From Tubiluchus corallicola (Eukaryota > Animalia > Priapulida): a stretch of 64,000 nucleotides of DNA. The notes under the pieces were generated by a model, which did not search any database, was not told the origin of the DNA, and saw nothing but the letters and a program-made list of their open reading frames with translations. This document shows positions 1 through 14,662 of this stretch, piece after piece. The DNA lies in assembly GCA_030141605.1 (NCBI GenBank), contig JAQGDQ010002370.1:585167-649166 (forward strand). Direction: 5' to 3'. Position numbers and translations under genes: made by a program. Position 1 is the first letter of the stretch; the number at the start of each line of letters is the position of its first letter.

Positions 1-1530
1 GTAAAAATAAGAATGGGCTTTTAAAATTGGACGATAACAATGTGTATTTAATTCTTAAGTGCTGGACGGACACAGCTACATCAGAAACATGGAATCTGTA
101 GGTGGTGATAACAGAGCGCTAGTGTACCAAATCTAATTTTAACAGTTAGCACTTTTTTGTCCTCCGCAAATAAATAAATTGTCCAGTGCAAGAACACCTG
201 CCATAATGTAATCGTATACAATAACAATTGCAAAAGCATTGTATCTGCAACGAACATAAACATTAAATCTCTTACGATTTTAATTGTAGATATACTTGTA
301 ATATTTATTAAGATTTGTCAATTTTCTATCGTGGTAGTTTCTTGAATCATCACACCTGTGCAACAAATATAAGTTAAATAGCAGTGAATAGAGGGTTATA
401 ATTATAATTCGTGTGATGAATGGTAACATGGATATAATTAAATTTTCCTAAACTCTACATTGGAACGGGCGTGCGTACTTCTAACAAAATGAAGGGGGAA
501 GTTATCGACTAAGTTAGTCACCAAGTTGGCTTAACCGCTTAGATATCTCCCCTGAATTTCGTGCTGTACACACATTGTTTAACTTACTACATTAGCTTTA
601 AGCATTTTAGCACTCGAAACTGTGCTGCCAGTTTGACTTGCATTATTTTTAATTAGTATCAAAATTAATAATGAAACAGATCCTAAAGACCAGAAAGATC
701 AATGCATTTGCAATTAGTTGCATACTAGTCAGCACAAAACCATTATATATATGCCACAAAGATAAAATTGGCAAGTAGCCAAAAGCTTTCAAAATAGAAG
801 ATAAATGAAAGCTTGAACACGCCCACAAAAAACTACTGCGTTAATGAAATTACAAGAACTATTCTGATTTACAAAAGACTGACAATTCTTCATTTCTCAT
901 TTTCTAGTATAAGCCTGAATCCAGATACTATAGGTTCTTGCTCTCATGCAACAAGATTAATAATAAAGGTTTAAATAATTCTAAACTTTTATTACTTAAT
1001 TTGATTTATGCTATTTAGACTGTAAATGTTCACTTACTCTTAGAACTTGTATCCTGGAGTGTAGTGGTTCTAACTTACAAAGATATCTATTGGATAGTGG
1101 GCATAGTTGCTTGTCGATTAGTTGTATGTTGGTCAACGGTCAGTTCGTTGAGGATTTCGGTCAGATTCTGGCCGTTGTACGTCTATAATGCTTATTTTCA
1201 ATTAGAGGAAGAGTCATTCAACAATAAAAAGTAAATTTCAGTTTACTCTTCATGAGTGGTTTAAAATAATTTCCCAAAATGAGATGAATATATATGGAAC
1301 ATTAGAAATGCGCTTAGATGGCCCAATTGAACAAAGGTTGCCCCTATTTCTTCGAGGTTTCCGGCTCCCAACGGAAGTGGTACTGGCGTAGCAGTGTCTA
1401 GTTTTTTTGCTGAATTACTGCTGCGTTTACCTGTCTGAAGGCAGATTTCTTTTATTTTAGAATTCTGCCTGCAATGTCTACAATAGACGTGACGGGCGTA
1501 TGATGATGATGATGAAGAATGATTGAGTGA

Positions 1531-2450
1531 CAGTTGTTGGGCGCCAAGTAATCCACTAGCCCAAGTAGGACAATTGGCGTACATGGGCTAGCCCAAGTAG
1601 GACACTAGAGACAGGTCGCGAATTGAGTCGTTAAGCGTACTGGCACCGTCCGTTGTCCTTGTTTATGTAATAATAACAATTAAAAACGTCAACACACGTC
1701 GAATAATTTATTATACATCTGGTAAAATAAAAGAATTTTATTCTGAGCTGGTAGAACGGACAATATTAAATTTGGTTTCGATATTAATGTTGTTGAAGTG
1801 AAATAAACCCACTTTTTAGCGATTTCAACATTTATTTAAGGTATATCATTTTTTATTTTGTCTCGCTTCACAGACAGGCAATCCATTTCACTACCTCTTG
1901 GACGAATAATTGTTTTCTCCTAAGTAAACGTTCTAGCGATATATGTGCCCTACATGGGCTAGCAAGCCATGTACGACAGTGCCCTACATGTTACAATACT
2001 ACTGATATTATTAAAACTAATTGTCTATGCTTTTCCTAAATATTAAAAAAAAAACTTTTTTTTGTGTTGTGAAAGCAGCATCTGTCTCATTTTTAAAGTT
2101 GTAATTATTTCTGTAATAACTGTGTGCATACTTTCTCTCTTTAAAGCATTAGAATAAGATACTTAGTATAATGTTATAATGATTTTAATGTAGCTAATAA
2201 TACTGATGATACTATTGTAAAAATACATTAATTTTGTAAATTGTCAAGGACTATAAAGTTACTTTTTCCCTAAAACAAATTTAGGTTTATGTCTTATTAT
2301 GTCATCTTAATTCTCGTTTTCCCGTCAAAAATCGCCAGTGCCCTACTTGGGCTGCCCTTGTACGTCACTGCATTTGCGCAAATTTAGCACATGCTTTTTG
2401 CCGGAAGTGTCCTATTTCGGCTAGTGGGTTACTCGGCGCCCTACAACAGT
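1531..2450. mobile_element. Non-autonomous DNA transposon (MITE, ~920 bp) with ~42-bp imperfect terminal inverted repeats
   Basis: Left end cagttgttgggcgccaagtaatccactagcccaagtaggaca (1531). The reverse complement of 2407-2450 is cactgttgtagggcgccgagtaacccactagccgaaataggaca. Internal subterminal repeats gccctacatggg/gccctacttggg. No ORF. Confidence 0.7.
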
Positions 2451-3232
2451 GAATGCTGACAAGCCAGTAGCATAGCAGACTTTAGCAGTGTCTACTTCTT
2501 TGCTGTATTATCGTTGTGTTTGCCTGACTTGGTGACAGTTTTAGAATTTCTCTGCCCAGTAACTACCTAATGATGATGAGCCGCCCAGGTGCTGATCAAA
2601 TTTGAGGACCTAACATCAGAGCTGTATTTCGGATTTTTAATAATTCGTTAAACTTAAATTACTAACGCTGTGGTTCTTACTGATATCAGAGCACAGAAGA
2701 CTTTTCGCATTCGAAATTTTATTTTAATTTCGCTTGGGACTTGAGCAAACTATACCAAGAAAGAGAAAACACGTCTAAACTCTAGAACAATTGTCTAGGA
2801 CTAGGAGCATAATGATAAGATGAAAAAGATTAGGTTAGATAAGGTTGTTAATTTATTGTTTTACATTTTTATATAACATATAAAAATAAATGCACAAAAA
2901 TACAAAATTAATAGAGAAAGGGTGGCGAAAAACCAAAGTTAACGAGCCAACGTCAATTGAGAAAGGGAGTGGAAGAAATCGTTAGTTTTGAAAACAATCC
3001 GTTTCTTTGGTGATTTTTGTGCCTTTCACACATCTTTAGGAAAATTTGAGAATACCGTATTTTATGCTTTCAGAGACATGTCTTGCTCTTGCTTGCTTCA
3101 GACAGTTGCAGTCTATCTGAGAAGTTCTTTCACCAGCAAAGTGAAAAGTCAGAGTTTGTTTAGCTACTGATATGCACAATTTGAATGATTTTGTAATTGA
3201 TTACGAAGAAAAAGCCAGTAGATTTAGTGGTC

Positions 3233-6200
3233 ATGTTGTCAGCTCAAGCTTTGTTTCTGCCAGTTCTTCATGCTTCTGGTGGCTATTATGATGTTGGGTT
3301 TGCTATAGTAAGTTTGTCAAGTTCTCTTTAATTGTGTGTAATTTGTAATGACTGTAGTTTCTAGAATTAAAGCTGATGGTTTTTGCCTTGACTGGGAGCT
3401 CATCTAGACCAGAAATACATGAGTTAAACGTGCTTCGTATTTGTGAAAAATTATAGTTCTGACCCAACTAAGATTAACTATTTAACTAATTCATTAATTG
3501 CCAGAATTTTGACTAGCCTTAGCCAAAGGCTGTCATTAATATATTTTCTCACTTTTTACTTGTTATGTAAATCAACTATGTTTATTAATTATGTACCATT
3601 GTTGAGTTATTTTTTAGGAAGTATTTTCAGGGAAAGACGTTCAAGCAACAAATTTCTGATTTCTACAAAGTTAATACGGATATTGACTACTTTCTGAAAT
3701 TTATTGACAGTGACTTGGGGAGGAAGGTGTGTGACCTATTGTGCATTACTGTTTTTAGTATCAAATTATTATTGTAGCTAATTAACTAAGATTTGTTTCA
3801 AATAGTGATGTAAATGAAGATTAATGATTTATTATTTTATTATATTTACTATCTGTAATATCAAATAAGCTAATGGCTTGTTTATGTTTTCTGCTGTGTC
3901 ACGTCACGAGTTAGTGATTAGTCATACCCTCAACAAAAGGATGTTTACAAGATGTTAGCAAATACAATGTCCTTCAAAGCTTATTGTGCATTCTCTAGGT
4001 ATAATGTAATGGTTATTTTGTCAGATAAGCATTATTCGTAGCTAAAATTTCAAACTGATAACATCTTTTTCTCCGCAAACAATTGACTTGTTATTGTAAT
4101 TGATATTCTGGAGTTAAATTGGTTTTGTGGCATGTGAAGTGCTGATATGATCTGGATGGTTAATGTTACAGTTGTAGACTACTTGGTAGTTAGCGAGATT
4201 GTTAATGAAGTTATTGAAGATAGTGAAGATATTGGAACATAGCCATCTTGTGTAGCTGTTGGTGGAACATTATATTTACAGGATTGTTAGGCACATGTTT
4301 ATATGTAATGTAGAAAGCTACTGGTAGGGAGTAACATCTTGTACAGGATACACAGAGGAAGGAAGGATGCTGCTTGATTAAAAAACAACTAGTCTTCATC
4401 GTGTGCCAATCAGAAATAAGCCTGCTTCTACTCATGTTAATTTTGTATTGTCAATGAATAAGTTAAAATTGTTTATTGTTTAGCTATAATTCCATGTTAC
4501 TGTTTGCGTTTCATGGTTATTTTATTATGTCACTTGTTAGGTTGTGGCGTTAGCGTGTAATAAATAGTTAAAACCAAAAATGTGTCATAAAATTTTGTCT
4601 GAACATTTTAGTTAATTAATAAAAATTTTATTCTTGCAATTAGCAGAATACGTTTTATTATACCACAATATTTTCAGAGAAATAGTTTTTTATTTTCATT
4701 TTTATTTATTCAATGAGATATCAAGAATAAATATTTTTATGTAGATGTAGGTATGTAAAATCTATTTCAGTAATGAGTCTGTAAATTTACAGCAGGTGTG
4801 TTTTATTTTTTATAAACAAATAAATTCAGAGTGATATTGCTACTGTAGGAGTTGAGTTAAACATATGGGTTGTTTGTTTTGAAGCAAAGCTACAACTGTG
4901 TGAAACCCTGAATAAAAAGTTTTAGTTTTGACGTAATTGGTGCTAAGTGCTAATAGATTTCCAGTGTCATCCTACGTAGATTACAGTACATGCACATAAT
5001 TTCATTTATAGATATACAGTGAGTTTTTTGATGCAGCAAACGATGCATTTCCGCAGTACGTGGAGGAACTTCAAGGCATTTGTGATGGAAGCGAACAACC
5101 TTTTGAAAAGGTTTGTGTACACTCATTACTCTATATACAGGTACAAGCTTCTGTAAAATACTCCAAGCCCCCATAAAATGGAATCATACTGTTTAGAAAA
5201 ATGTTCATATATATATATATGTGGAAGTGAATAAATTAATATTTAGGAATATACAAGTCGTTTAGTTGTACTTTGGCCATATTAGGATTGAAATATTTTT
5301 TTGAAAGCATGCACTGACTGCTGTTCTCAAAATTGTTGTTTATTCAATGATGAGAAATCAGCTTAGGATAAAGTGTGACTCTAGCGTAGAGTTACTTTGG
5401 TACTTTAATACGGTTAGCAGTTTGCCTCTAAACATTATTATTTTTGCAGATCTTTTTATCTATCATTGATCTGGATATTGACTATGAAAGTATTCCACTT
5501 GACTTGGATAAATCTACAAAGATATCAAAACATGCTCCTGAGAGTCATGGTATAGCTGGTTGTACAGATGTGTACTTGAATAGCCCAGGGCAGGTAAATT
5601 GTAGTATATGTGACTGTGACGTCACAGACGTCCTCGTCCGTATTAAAATTATGCTAAAGTTCATTTTGTACTCCAAATAAAATATTCATTTCTGTTTTAT
5701 GTTTGGGTTGGTTTTCTGCCCATCCTTTAATACCTCTCCCCTTTTCCCTGTTTGATGGCGATCTTCCTGTCACATGTCTTGAATGGTTACAGGATAATTT
5801 TCGCGCTCCTGGAAAAGCATTGAACCGTGATTTTTCCTTATTGCCGCCATTACGGGTTTTTAAGCTGCGTTGGAAGCACACGTTTTGTGGCAGCAAGTTT
5901 GAGATCTCATAACTTTTGAGATCTCATAATGAGTTCGCTAGTTTTGGTGTTCTCAGTGTAATCAAATTTCTCTGAGAGGAAACCAGACGGTTCCTAGGCA
6001 GTGTTACTAGTTTGCAGGAAACTTCGTCGTGTTCGTAATCTGGCCACGTAGATCATGACGGTTGTTGGGTGGAGTTTGGAACTGCCTAAGGAGGTTGCCT
6101 AGTTGAAGACTGGGAACGAGGAACTTTTCTCCTTTCCTCCGTCATTTGCTGACTCCTACAGTATAGGAGTAAACGGAGACGTTTCGAGACCCTGGATCCT

Positions 6201-9200
6201 TGTTTCTAACCCTCTGGTGGTGGAGTCTGCAATGCGTGAGCCCCAGCAGTGTGGTTTCTTGATTCTTGAGATGTGATCCTGGATAACTGGACCCACGGTA
6301 TCACGACCTGAGGCTAGCCCATTGGTACAGCTGCAGCGACAATGGAACTCTTCGGTAATTATCCTCTCCTCTCTTCCTATTATACCTGGGATGGGGTTAA
6401 CTGAATTCTTTCGTTATATGTATGTATGTAAGTGATTTGTAGAAATATTATTTTTGAAATTGCCACTAAATAATTTTTACACGTTTTTTTTATAAAAAAA
6501 GCAATAACGTTTGTTTGTCCTCCTGTTCGTCCTCGTCATTTCTAAGTACAAATTATAATGGCCTAAAATAGCATCAGTTTTAATCAAACTACTAGGACCC
6601 TCGTTAAAAAAGTCTGGATAAAAACCCCTTGCCTTAAAAAATTAGTATTAAAAATTGTTTTTATCCACATGTGATGAACTCTGGCGTGCTCGGATAAAGT
6701 AAAAGGCAACGCCTATTTTGCATTCCTGACAAAACTATTTATTCTTTTATACAATACACCATAGACAGTCAAAAATGGTGCCAGTGGTCGTCACAGTGAC
6801 ATCGTAAATCTTTGAAGGACTGTTCTTGAACAGTGAACATCATTGATACGTATGCATTCTTAACAGCATCCTCTCAACTACCGTAAAGTACTAATAAGCA
6901 ATGAACTTAATGTTTCAGTTATTTATGGTGGACAACAGGGATGTTACCGAAACTGAACTTACAGACCGAAATTTATGAAACATAGATTACCAAAACATTT
7001 TTGCAAAACTAACTACTATTAAAGCTTAAAAAAACTCTAAAATAAATAAAAAAATTTGTTTTTTGTTTGTTTGCTTTCATTTGCTGTGATGCAAAATTAC
7101 TGATGAAAAATTCTAATACAAAAAGGACAAAGATGTTTTATAGTATAGAACCTCAAGTTTGATGGAGTGGCTTACCTTAGAAATGTGTTATAATATCTTT
7201 TTATTTAAGTATCCTTAATGATTAATATTTAAATATCTTAACTTTTCGTTAAAAATAAACAAACTTTAATTTGTAGATATTTCACAAATTATAAAAAAAA
7301 CGTGATTTTGCTAAGTAAATTCAAATGTGGTATTTCGGTTGATTGGGCCTGGAGACCCTAAAACTTTGTAGTCATCAGCACTGAAGACATGCTGCATTGC
7401 CGGTAAAAGCATATCACAAAATGTTATACAAACGAAATTTTTGCTTTATTTGAACTAATTTAGCCAAGATTTTTCAGCAATTTTTCATAACTAGGAGAAA
7501 ACAAAAGATAAATTGGATAAGTACTAGTAAAAGCACAGAAAATGCTATGGAAAATTATCGGAAATTTCCACTACGAAATTTAATAAATTTCGCCGTAATC
7601 GAAACTTATCCGAAAGTGCAATTATCGCTATTTTCATTTCATTTCTGGTGGACAAGTTCTTTGTAGAAATGTGTGAACATCTTCTGTTTCTTGTGTGAAT
7701 ATTAACAAAACTTTGCAATTTTAGAAAAACAAGTGCATTATCCTGTTTGTTTGGCATAGTTTTTTCATGGTTATTTTATACAGAGTCCACACAAATTCTC
7801 TGTATTCCTGCTGGTATTACATTAGATACCGTAATTTATTTTTTAGTAACAGTTATTTGCAAATACGGAAGTGTTGCATATATGGAACATATACAAGAGT
7901 TGCTAACTTAAAATTTTTTTAGCAGTTACGTAAGTCTTACTAATAAAAGCAGCGATTGTTATGAGAGAAGGGAGAAGCATACCTTTTGAACCCTTCTCCA
8001 CGTATGTATATTATATGTTTACAGCTTGGTATGGGTCATACAGAAGATGCATGCTTGGCATTTGAGTACAATTGTGCGGTGGTCCAGGCACATATAATAA
8101 GCTCATCACCAAGGGGAAAGTTTGCTGTGGTTGAAGAAAATTTTACTTCATTTATATATCCTGGATTTCTTCCTGGTTATTGCATGAGCTTCAACAAGTA
8201 TGGAGTTATCTATACCATAAATACGATGGCACCTAAAGGTTTTGCCCGAGGAAAAATTCGTAAGCATCATTTTGCTTGAAAATTGATTTTTATAACTAAA
8301 CATGAGTTGTAATCACTACCTACTTTTAATAAAAATCACTCTGTATCTTTTCAGGCTTATTCTAAAATTTTTTTGTTTCTTTACAGCATCTGTTTTTGTG
8401 ACAAGAGCTCTTCTTGCTGCTAAGTGTATAAACGATGTTGATGTCATTTTAAAGAATACTGCTGTTGCCCGTGGAATTAGGTGAGTTTTAGCTTCTGTAC
8501 TACTGATTTTCTTGATTCTGTGTTATTGGACCGCAAGTAAGCATACAAGAATGACATAAAGCAGACTGAGATTAGACTGAGATTAGAACATGTCAAGTTT
8601 ATTTTGAATTGCAGTAAGTTTCTTCAAAACTTATAAATGACAAATACAAATGGGTAAATATAGAAAGAATTGTTGCAGGACTAGTCAAAGTGGTTTAATA
8701 AAAGGTTTAACATGATTGATAATTAATACATGTTTTACAATGTCATTATTCAGTATATGTAAATAGACAAATACATGCCAAGAAAATGAAAAAAAATTAT
8801 TGTGTTTCCATGGACTTTCCTAGCCAATACTTTTGGGTGTCTTTTTGTCATTCCTTGTAAAACTATTGCAAGTTAGTACTTTTTTACTTTACTTTATTGC
8901 TTAACAGTAAAAACACAAAAGCTAGATAAATAAACTTTTATTAAAGTTGGAAAACCTTTTATTCAGTTTCAAACTGAATATATTCAAACCTTTTGTTCAG
9001 TTTTTTAATAGCGTGAACTGTGAGGTAAATTACTCCAGCTGTACTAAAGTTTCGTACATTTGCATTTTGTCTGTGTATTTCATTCCATGCAAACTCTAAT
9101 GCTACTACTAACAGCATACAGGATCTGCATACTACACTACTTTACTGAACAAGATAGAAACGTCAATATAAGGAGTATAAAAAGTAGGCCTGTAGCTTAG

Positions 9201-12200
9201 TAAACCTTTAAATTGTTTTCCTTGCTTTGCAAGTAATTATTTCACCAATGTAACAAATGAGTTCAGTTTTGTCATTGATTTAACAACTGTTCCTATTTTC
9301 CTGATTAATCATGCAGGATGCTACAGCTTTGAGATTTTTATGTGAGATTGTAACATTACTTAACATAGTTTACATAGTGTGCATGTAGCATGTGTATAAT
9401 ATTTGCTGGAGTGTTTAGTGCAAATATAATATAATTTCATTTGTGAATGTATTGATACAGAGAATGTGTGCCAGGATTATCCTGAATGAGATTTGACAAA
9501 TTTATTTATTTGTAGTCTAAAGCTTGTAACAATGACTATTAGATGTTGCTTTATGTTGTTGGAAAACTAATATACACACAAGTTTAGTTTCTCTTCTCCG
9601 TTTATGTAGTAGTGTTTGCTTGGTCAATTGTATTTGTTTATCTTATTGTACTGGACTGTAAAATCATTCTGCTTATAATGATTCATTGTTACAATTAATA
9701 ACTACTGCTACTGCTCCTGCTGCTGCTGCTACTACTACTTGTACTAAATTCACATTATTATTCACTGTATTGAGTTTGCAAATGGTGATATGCCTTTTTG
9801 GGTTGAAAACTTTTCTTATTTAGACAAGCATTGTTAAACCATGTAACAACTCTTTTTGTGGTACTTATTTGCAGCGTGAATTTGGCAGATTGTGCAAATA
9901 AGAAAATCATCAATTATGAAGTTGCTTATCCCCCTGAAGGTGACAAGAATTCAAGGATTGATATTCAAGTGATAGAAGAACAACCACACAGTGCGACTAG
10001 ATACCACTGCAATACGTAATGAACTTAATCAGTCTTCTAAATTTAGGCTCATGCACATAATTCCATCTTTTTCTGTGCCATGAAGTTTCTGAATTTGGAG
10101 CCCATAAAACAGTATTAGTGATTCCCCATATTGCTGCAAGATGCGTATAATAGAGTATGTGGTATTTGGGGGGGGGGGGAGGTGTTAGTTTTTCGGCATA
10201 TAACATCTAGGCAACAATAAAATTTAATATTATGCTCAATTGTTTATTTCTGTCAATTAGGTTTTCATTAGTTCACTATTTTATTAACTTTTACAATACT
10301 TTTAAAATCATTGCTTCACTTAATTAAACATTTGCAATAATATGGGATGTAACAATTTAAATCACTTACTTAACTGTGCACTGTAATTCAGCATTATGTG
10401 TAGTAGCTTTTAAAATGAACGAAGTAGAAGACACCGCAAGTTTACATGGCATTTTATTAGTGTGTGACAACATTTTATATTACAAATATCAAGTGCATCG
10501 CAAAACAATAAAAAACTAAAATGTGCTTCACATAAAAATTCTTTTACAAGAATTTAATATCACTCAGCTGGTGCAGTAATTTAATGGTATTATAACAACA
10601 GAACATCTTCATTCATTGAGTGCTGTGCTTTAATAATATGCTGTTAGTTCATTAGTTGCTTATACTAGCTGCCAACTTAAAAACAACCAGTTAGATCAGT
10701 TTGTGAGCCAATTAAATGACGCATTGTTATCGATATCAAGATCAATGATTATTGTAAGTGCTTTTGCTATATCTTTTGCAACATGTATGATTATACATGT
10801 CCTCAGCTGCTGTGTTTTTATGCTAACTGCATCATGTTGTAGATATTTCCAGTTTTAATTACATGACTACCCAAACCCCGCAAAAAGAATTTTGCACACA
10901 ACAACTCACACCACACCAATACGCCACACCACTCATAGCACACCACCTGCACCACACCACCCACCATACCACTCACAACACACTACACCAACACTACCCA
11001 CACCACACCGCTCTACACCGTGCCACCCAAATCATTCCATCCACACCACACCAACCCACCATACCAGTCACAACACACCACCCACTTCAATACTACACCA
11101 CACCATGTCACTCAGACAAGACTACACTACACCCACTACACCACTCTATCAACACCACACACATCCTACCACCCCGCCACACCATCCGCGGCACACTCAT
11201 CACACACACCACCAAATCCACCACATCACATGGTGTTCATGATGTTGATGACGACTATGATGACACCAACGATGACGACAGCTACAACACCAACACCAAC
11301 AGCAGAGCATCATGGTGAAACCATGCAAAACATTTTGTATAAAGTTGAAACTGTGTGCCTATAGCAAATGATCAATAATATGCAGTCATTTCACATAGTT
11401 TTGCTAACTGCATCTCATGCAATATTAGGCTAACAGAACTTACTTATAATATGACACAGTAGAATGGCGGGTGAGAACACTGCCCAGAACAGCCTCGAAA
11501 TTTCTGACTCAAAGACAATGGGTGTTCCAAATAGCATGCAGTAAGGGGGGGGGTTAAAAAGGACCTTGAAATAAATACACACTTCCCATTTCATCTATTG
11601 GACATTTCTCCTGGTGAAACCTTCAACATTTTGTAGACTGTTTCGTCCTCTTTCTGCAAGTGTACTTATTTTTTTCAACATACTCAGACAGTTGCACCAA
11701 TTGAATTTTTCCAGAGGCTGTTTAAGCAGCTTTCTGCAAAATTTGCATGGTTGGGTCCGGGAAAATGCCCATCGCTTGGCGCCATGGCCTTCCCGCGAAT
11801 TCTAAATACACCTACTACACCCACCATTGAACTGGCTATAAACTATTACCTGCACCAGTCCCGGTCCATTCTCGTTCTCCAGAAATGAGAGGTATAAGTT
11901 TAGCAAAAAACAGGCATAAAAGGACCATTTTCGAAGTTTTTTGTTCCCTGTTTGTCACGGTGGGCATGATTCGAAAAATAAACCCCACTGAGATGATTCT
12001 AGATTGAGACCTTCGTTTGATATATAGATCATCACAAATGGTGCCATTGTTGGAGCTGTAGCTGCCGCGAATCTTATACATATATATAGTAGTCACCACT
12101 TAATAGACTCATGGTTAATAGACTCAATCACTTAATTGGCTCAAAAACGCCTGGAATGGGCCACTTCTGTTCAAACATACATAAGAACTATTGGTAATTG

Positions 12201-14662
12201 ACTCAAATAACTTCGCTTAATTAACTCAATTATTTTTCCTTCACTTACTTAAAATAAGATATTTGTTTGTGCCCAAACAGCCTTTCCTACTTTTATGTCA
12301 TCTTGACTTCCCTTTTGTCTATTATATATGTGTAAACAAATCCTGTTAAGTACCGTTTTGTTTGTAAACAGGTATGTTTATTATGCGCTAATACGCTGGC
12401 GTAGAGATTTGGCTTTGAATCTGTTACCTGCTCATCCACTGCACTTAACCTCATTACCCAAAGAATTTCTGGAAGCTAAACATTTAATCACTTGCCTAGC
12501 AGTTTCCTTTTGATAATCATAGATGCAGGTACAGTAATCAGCCAGTATTCCTTGTGACTTACAAGAGTAAGCATGCAGCAAACAAAGGAATAGAGTTAAA
12601 AATTTGAAAAATGGAGCATAAACATAAAGATCTAACAGTTAAGGAGAATTTGAAAATTTTAGAGCAGTACGATTTAGAAAACTATACTTTTTAATTTATT
12701 GTTAATTCACTTATATAAATTAATATTTTAAAATATTTTTTTCTAATTTTTAACTGCACAAAGTAATTTAGGCATAACTTCTTTTCTAAAATTAGTTAAA
12801 AGCCTTTGCAGTGCATAGTAAGCTGATGACAGCAGTAATACTATACCCATCAGTTAATGGGTTCAATCGGCAATCACCAGTTAGGCAAAGGACAAGGATT
12901 CCCACACAAGTCTAGGCTGCTAGGCAATGTGATTTGTAGTGCAACACAGAAATGATGTTACGGTATCCTTGCATGGTCGAGTTTTATTGGATCTAACCGC
13001 ACAATTAAGTGTACCTGCAATGGTACAAAAATGTCTAAACAAGTCAGTGCCCAAGTGTCTGGCACCTAATTTTTCCAATGCCCAAATGGCCATGCCTAAA
13101 TGTGCTGTCCGCACATTACAGTGTGTAATTAAGTAGTGTAACTTTGGTGCATATATCTATGTTGCTGACATTCTGTACTAACATCCCTCTGCAATGCTAT
13201 ATGTCAATCAACAGCACGTTACAGTTTGCTGTTTTATCTTTTAACTTATTAATTTTTCGTACTTCTTAATAATTCTTTGAAATCTAAAATGGAAGTTGTT
13301 TTAAAGGTATAGACGAATACGACTTGTAGAAAAGGGTAAGCAGCAGTCATCTAAAATGAGAGCTGCAAAAATCGAAGAGCTTCCTGGGGTGACATCTGTT
13401 GATGACATTAAAGCTATGCTTAGTGATACCTCGCATCTGGACTACCCAATTTTTCGCCATCAACGTCACCATCCGATGAAGTCTGTGACGCTCTGCACTG
13501 GTTTGTTTCTTAATTGTGTATCTTTTTGCTGTTCCGGGGATTTTCAAACCGTTTGTTGAATCTTAATGTGCACGTGCAAAGTGTTTTTCTGAAGTTAAGT
13601 GTCAAGTTGACAATACGATGGAGACATTTCACAACCTTCTGTCACTTACTATTACTTTAGATTTGCTAACATGCCAGAAACAGTTTCCTTATATAAATAA
13701 TTATGATGATAATATGTCATAAAAAGCAGGTAATCTGTAGAATGATTGCATGCAATCCGACAGTCGAATTTAGTGTACTAGCTCAGCATTAAATAAGGAA
13801 GCATACTCAGCACCATGATATAGTTTGTATGGTATCATATAAAATAGCAATTACTTCATTGCTGCAGTCGAATGACATTTTCCCTAATCTGCTATACCTG
13901 CATACTGTGTGCATGTACCAAGTTTTCTCAGTATGGTTTACATAAGGGCTCATGAATCTTAAAGATATGTATAATGTAAATTGTTTAAACAACAAAGGAA
14001 CAGAATTAAAAAACTCCTTGTTCAGAAGATGGGTTGTAGATTATTGCCTTTTTTTAATGTCATCTGACTGATCATGTTCAAAGTCTTAGTTGTATTCTCT
14101 AGTACTTTATTTGCTATATTACGCATGGCTATTTATCTCATTGAAACTATGGCACTTGTGTGTCTAACCTAGAGAAATGATAATGTGTTTGGATTTAACA
14201 CTAGATTTTGGCTTTCAGAGTGCTGTATTAAAAACAGAGAAACGTAGTTCTGCAGCCTGATTTTTACAGTGGAAACATAAAGTACAGTGTAGTGTCTTCA
14301 TTGTTGGTTTAGATCAAACTCTTTTCTAGTTTAAGTGCAAACAGTTATAATACTGGTAATCCATTTTTCTCTTGTAATAGTAGTGTCACACGAAAAAAAT
14401 GGGTGACTATCTGTGTTCTGTTTACAGGCACATGGATGGCCAGAGGCATTTTTTGGGAACTGTCCGTATAGATCACTTGCTGACGGCTGTCGTTAAAAAC
14501 TGTACATATATGTGTTTGTTCATTTAGTGAATCCTGCTGTAGAATGTGTTTGTTCTTGCAGGTATTTTTGATCTAATGAATGGTAAATGGTCTATTTATA
14601 TGGATAAGGCATCTTCCAGTAAAGGACCAGTGGTAGTCTTTGATTTACCCATGGGTAAATGA
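3233..14662 (+). CDS. tan: C45 family Ntn-hydrolase, tan-like (beta-alanyl-dopamine/carcinine hydrolase-like), paralogue A, 9 exons, ~392 aa
   Basis: Exons 3233-3307, 3631-3726, 5012-5110, 5450-5593, 8025-8259, 8387-8480, 9875-10015, 13307-13500, 14562-14662. All introns are GT-AG with compatible phases; total 1179 nt. Motifs: LPVLHASGGYYDVGFAIGKTF, FPQYVEELQGICDGS, autoproteolytic G|CTD, GHTED, YPGFLPGYCMSFNKYG, TRALLAA, YHCNTY, LSDTSHLDYPIFR, TLCTGIFDL. The symbol denotes family resemblance to Drosophila Tan; orthology is not proven. Confidence 0.92.
5615..6795. mobile_element. Solo LTR (1181 bp) in intron 4 of paralogue A
   Basis: Starts TGTGACG and ends CGTCACA (7-bp terminal inverted repeat, TG...CA). 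Flanked by a perfect 5-bp direct repeat GTGAC at 5610-5614 and 6796-6800. Higher GC than the flanks. Confidence 0.85.
10890..11300. repeat. CAC/CA-rich low-complexity tract
   Basis: Degenerate cacac/caccac repeats in intron 7 produce His/Thr/Pro ORFs in all three frames. Confidence 0.8.
11600..12086 (-). mobile_element. Diverged partial copy of the Helitron-like unit found in tandem at 16511-20416
   Basis: Reverse complement reads gctacagctccaacaatggcaccatttgtgatgatctatatatcaaacgaaggtctc...aaacttatacctctcatttctggagaac...ggtgggtgtagtagg...ttttcccggacccaac, colinear with the array unit. Confidence 0.8.
12087..12680 (+). mobile_element. Tigger/pogo-like DNA transposon 5' remnant
   Basis: Tigger-like terminus tagtagtcaccacttaatagactc...cacttaattggctc, followed at ~12612 by MEHKHKDLTVKENLKILEQYD, which resembles the CENP-B/Tigger N-terminal HTH. 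Confidence 0.5.

Noticed and set aside
1079-1172. Exon-like segment on the - strand (tag|acgtac...cttt|gtaagt)
   Set aside because: Stops in the frames examined. The repeated ctgaccg motifs look like a transposon subterminal region.
10863-11364. His/Thr/Pro-rich ORFs resembling a histidine-rich protein
   Set aside because: Open in all three frames because the tract is C/A low complexity. It is intronic, with no signal peptide or splice support.
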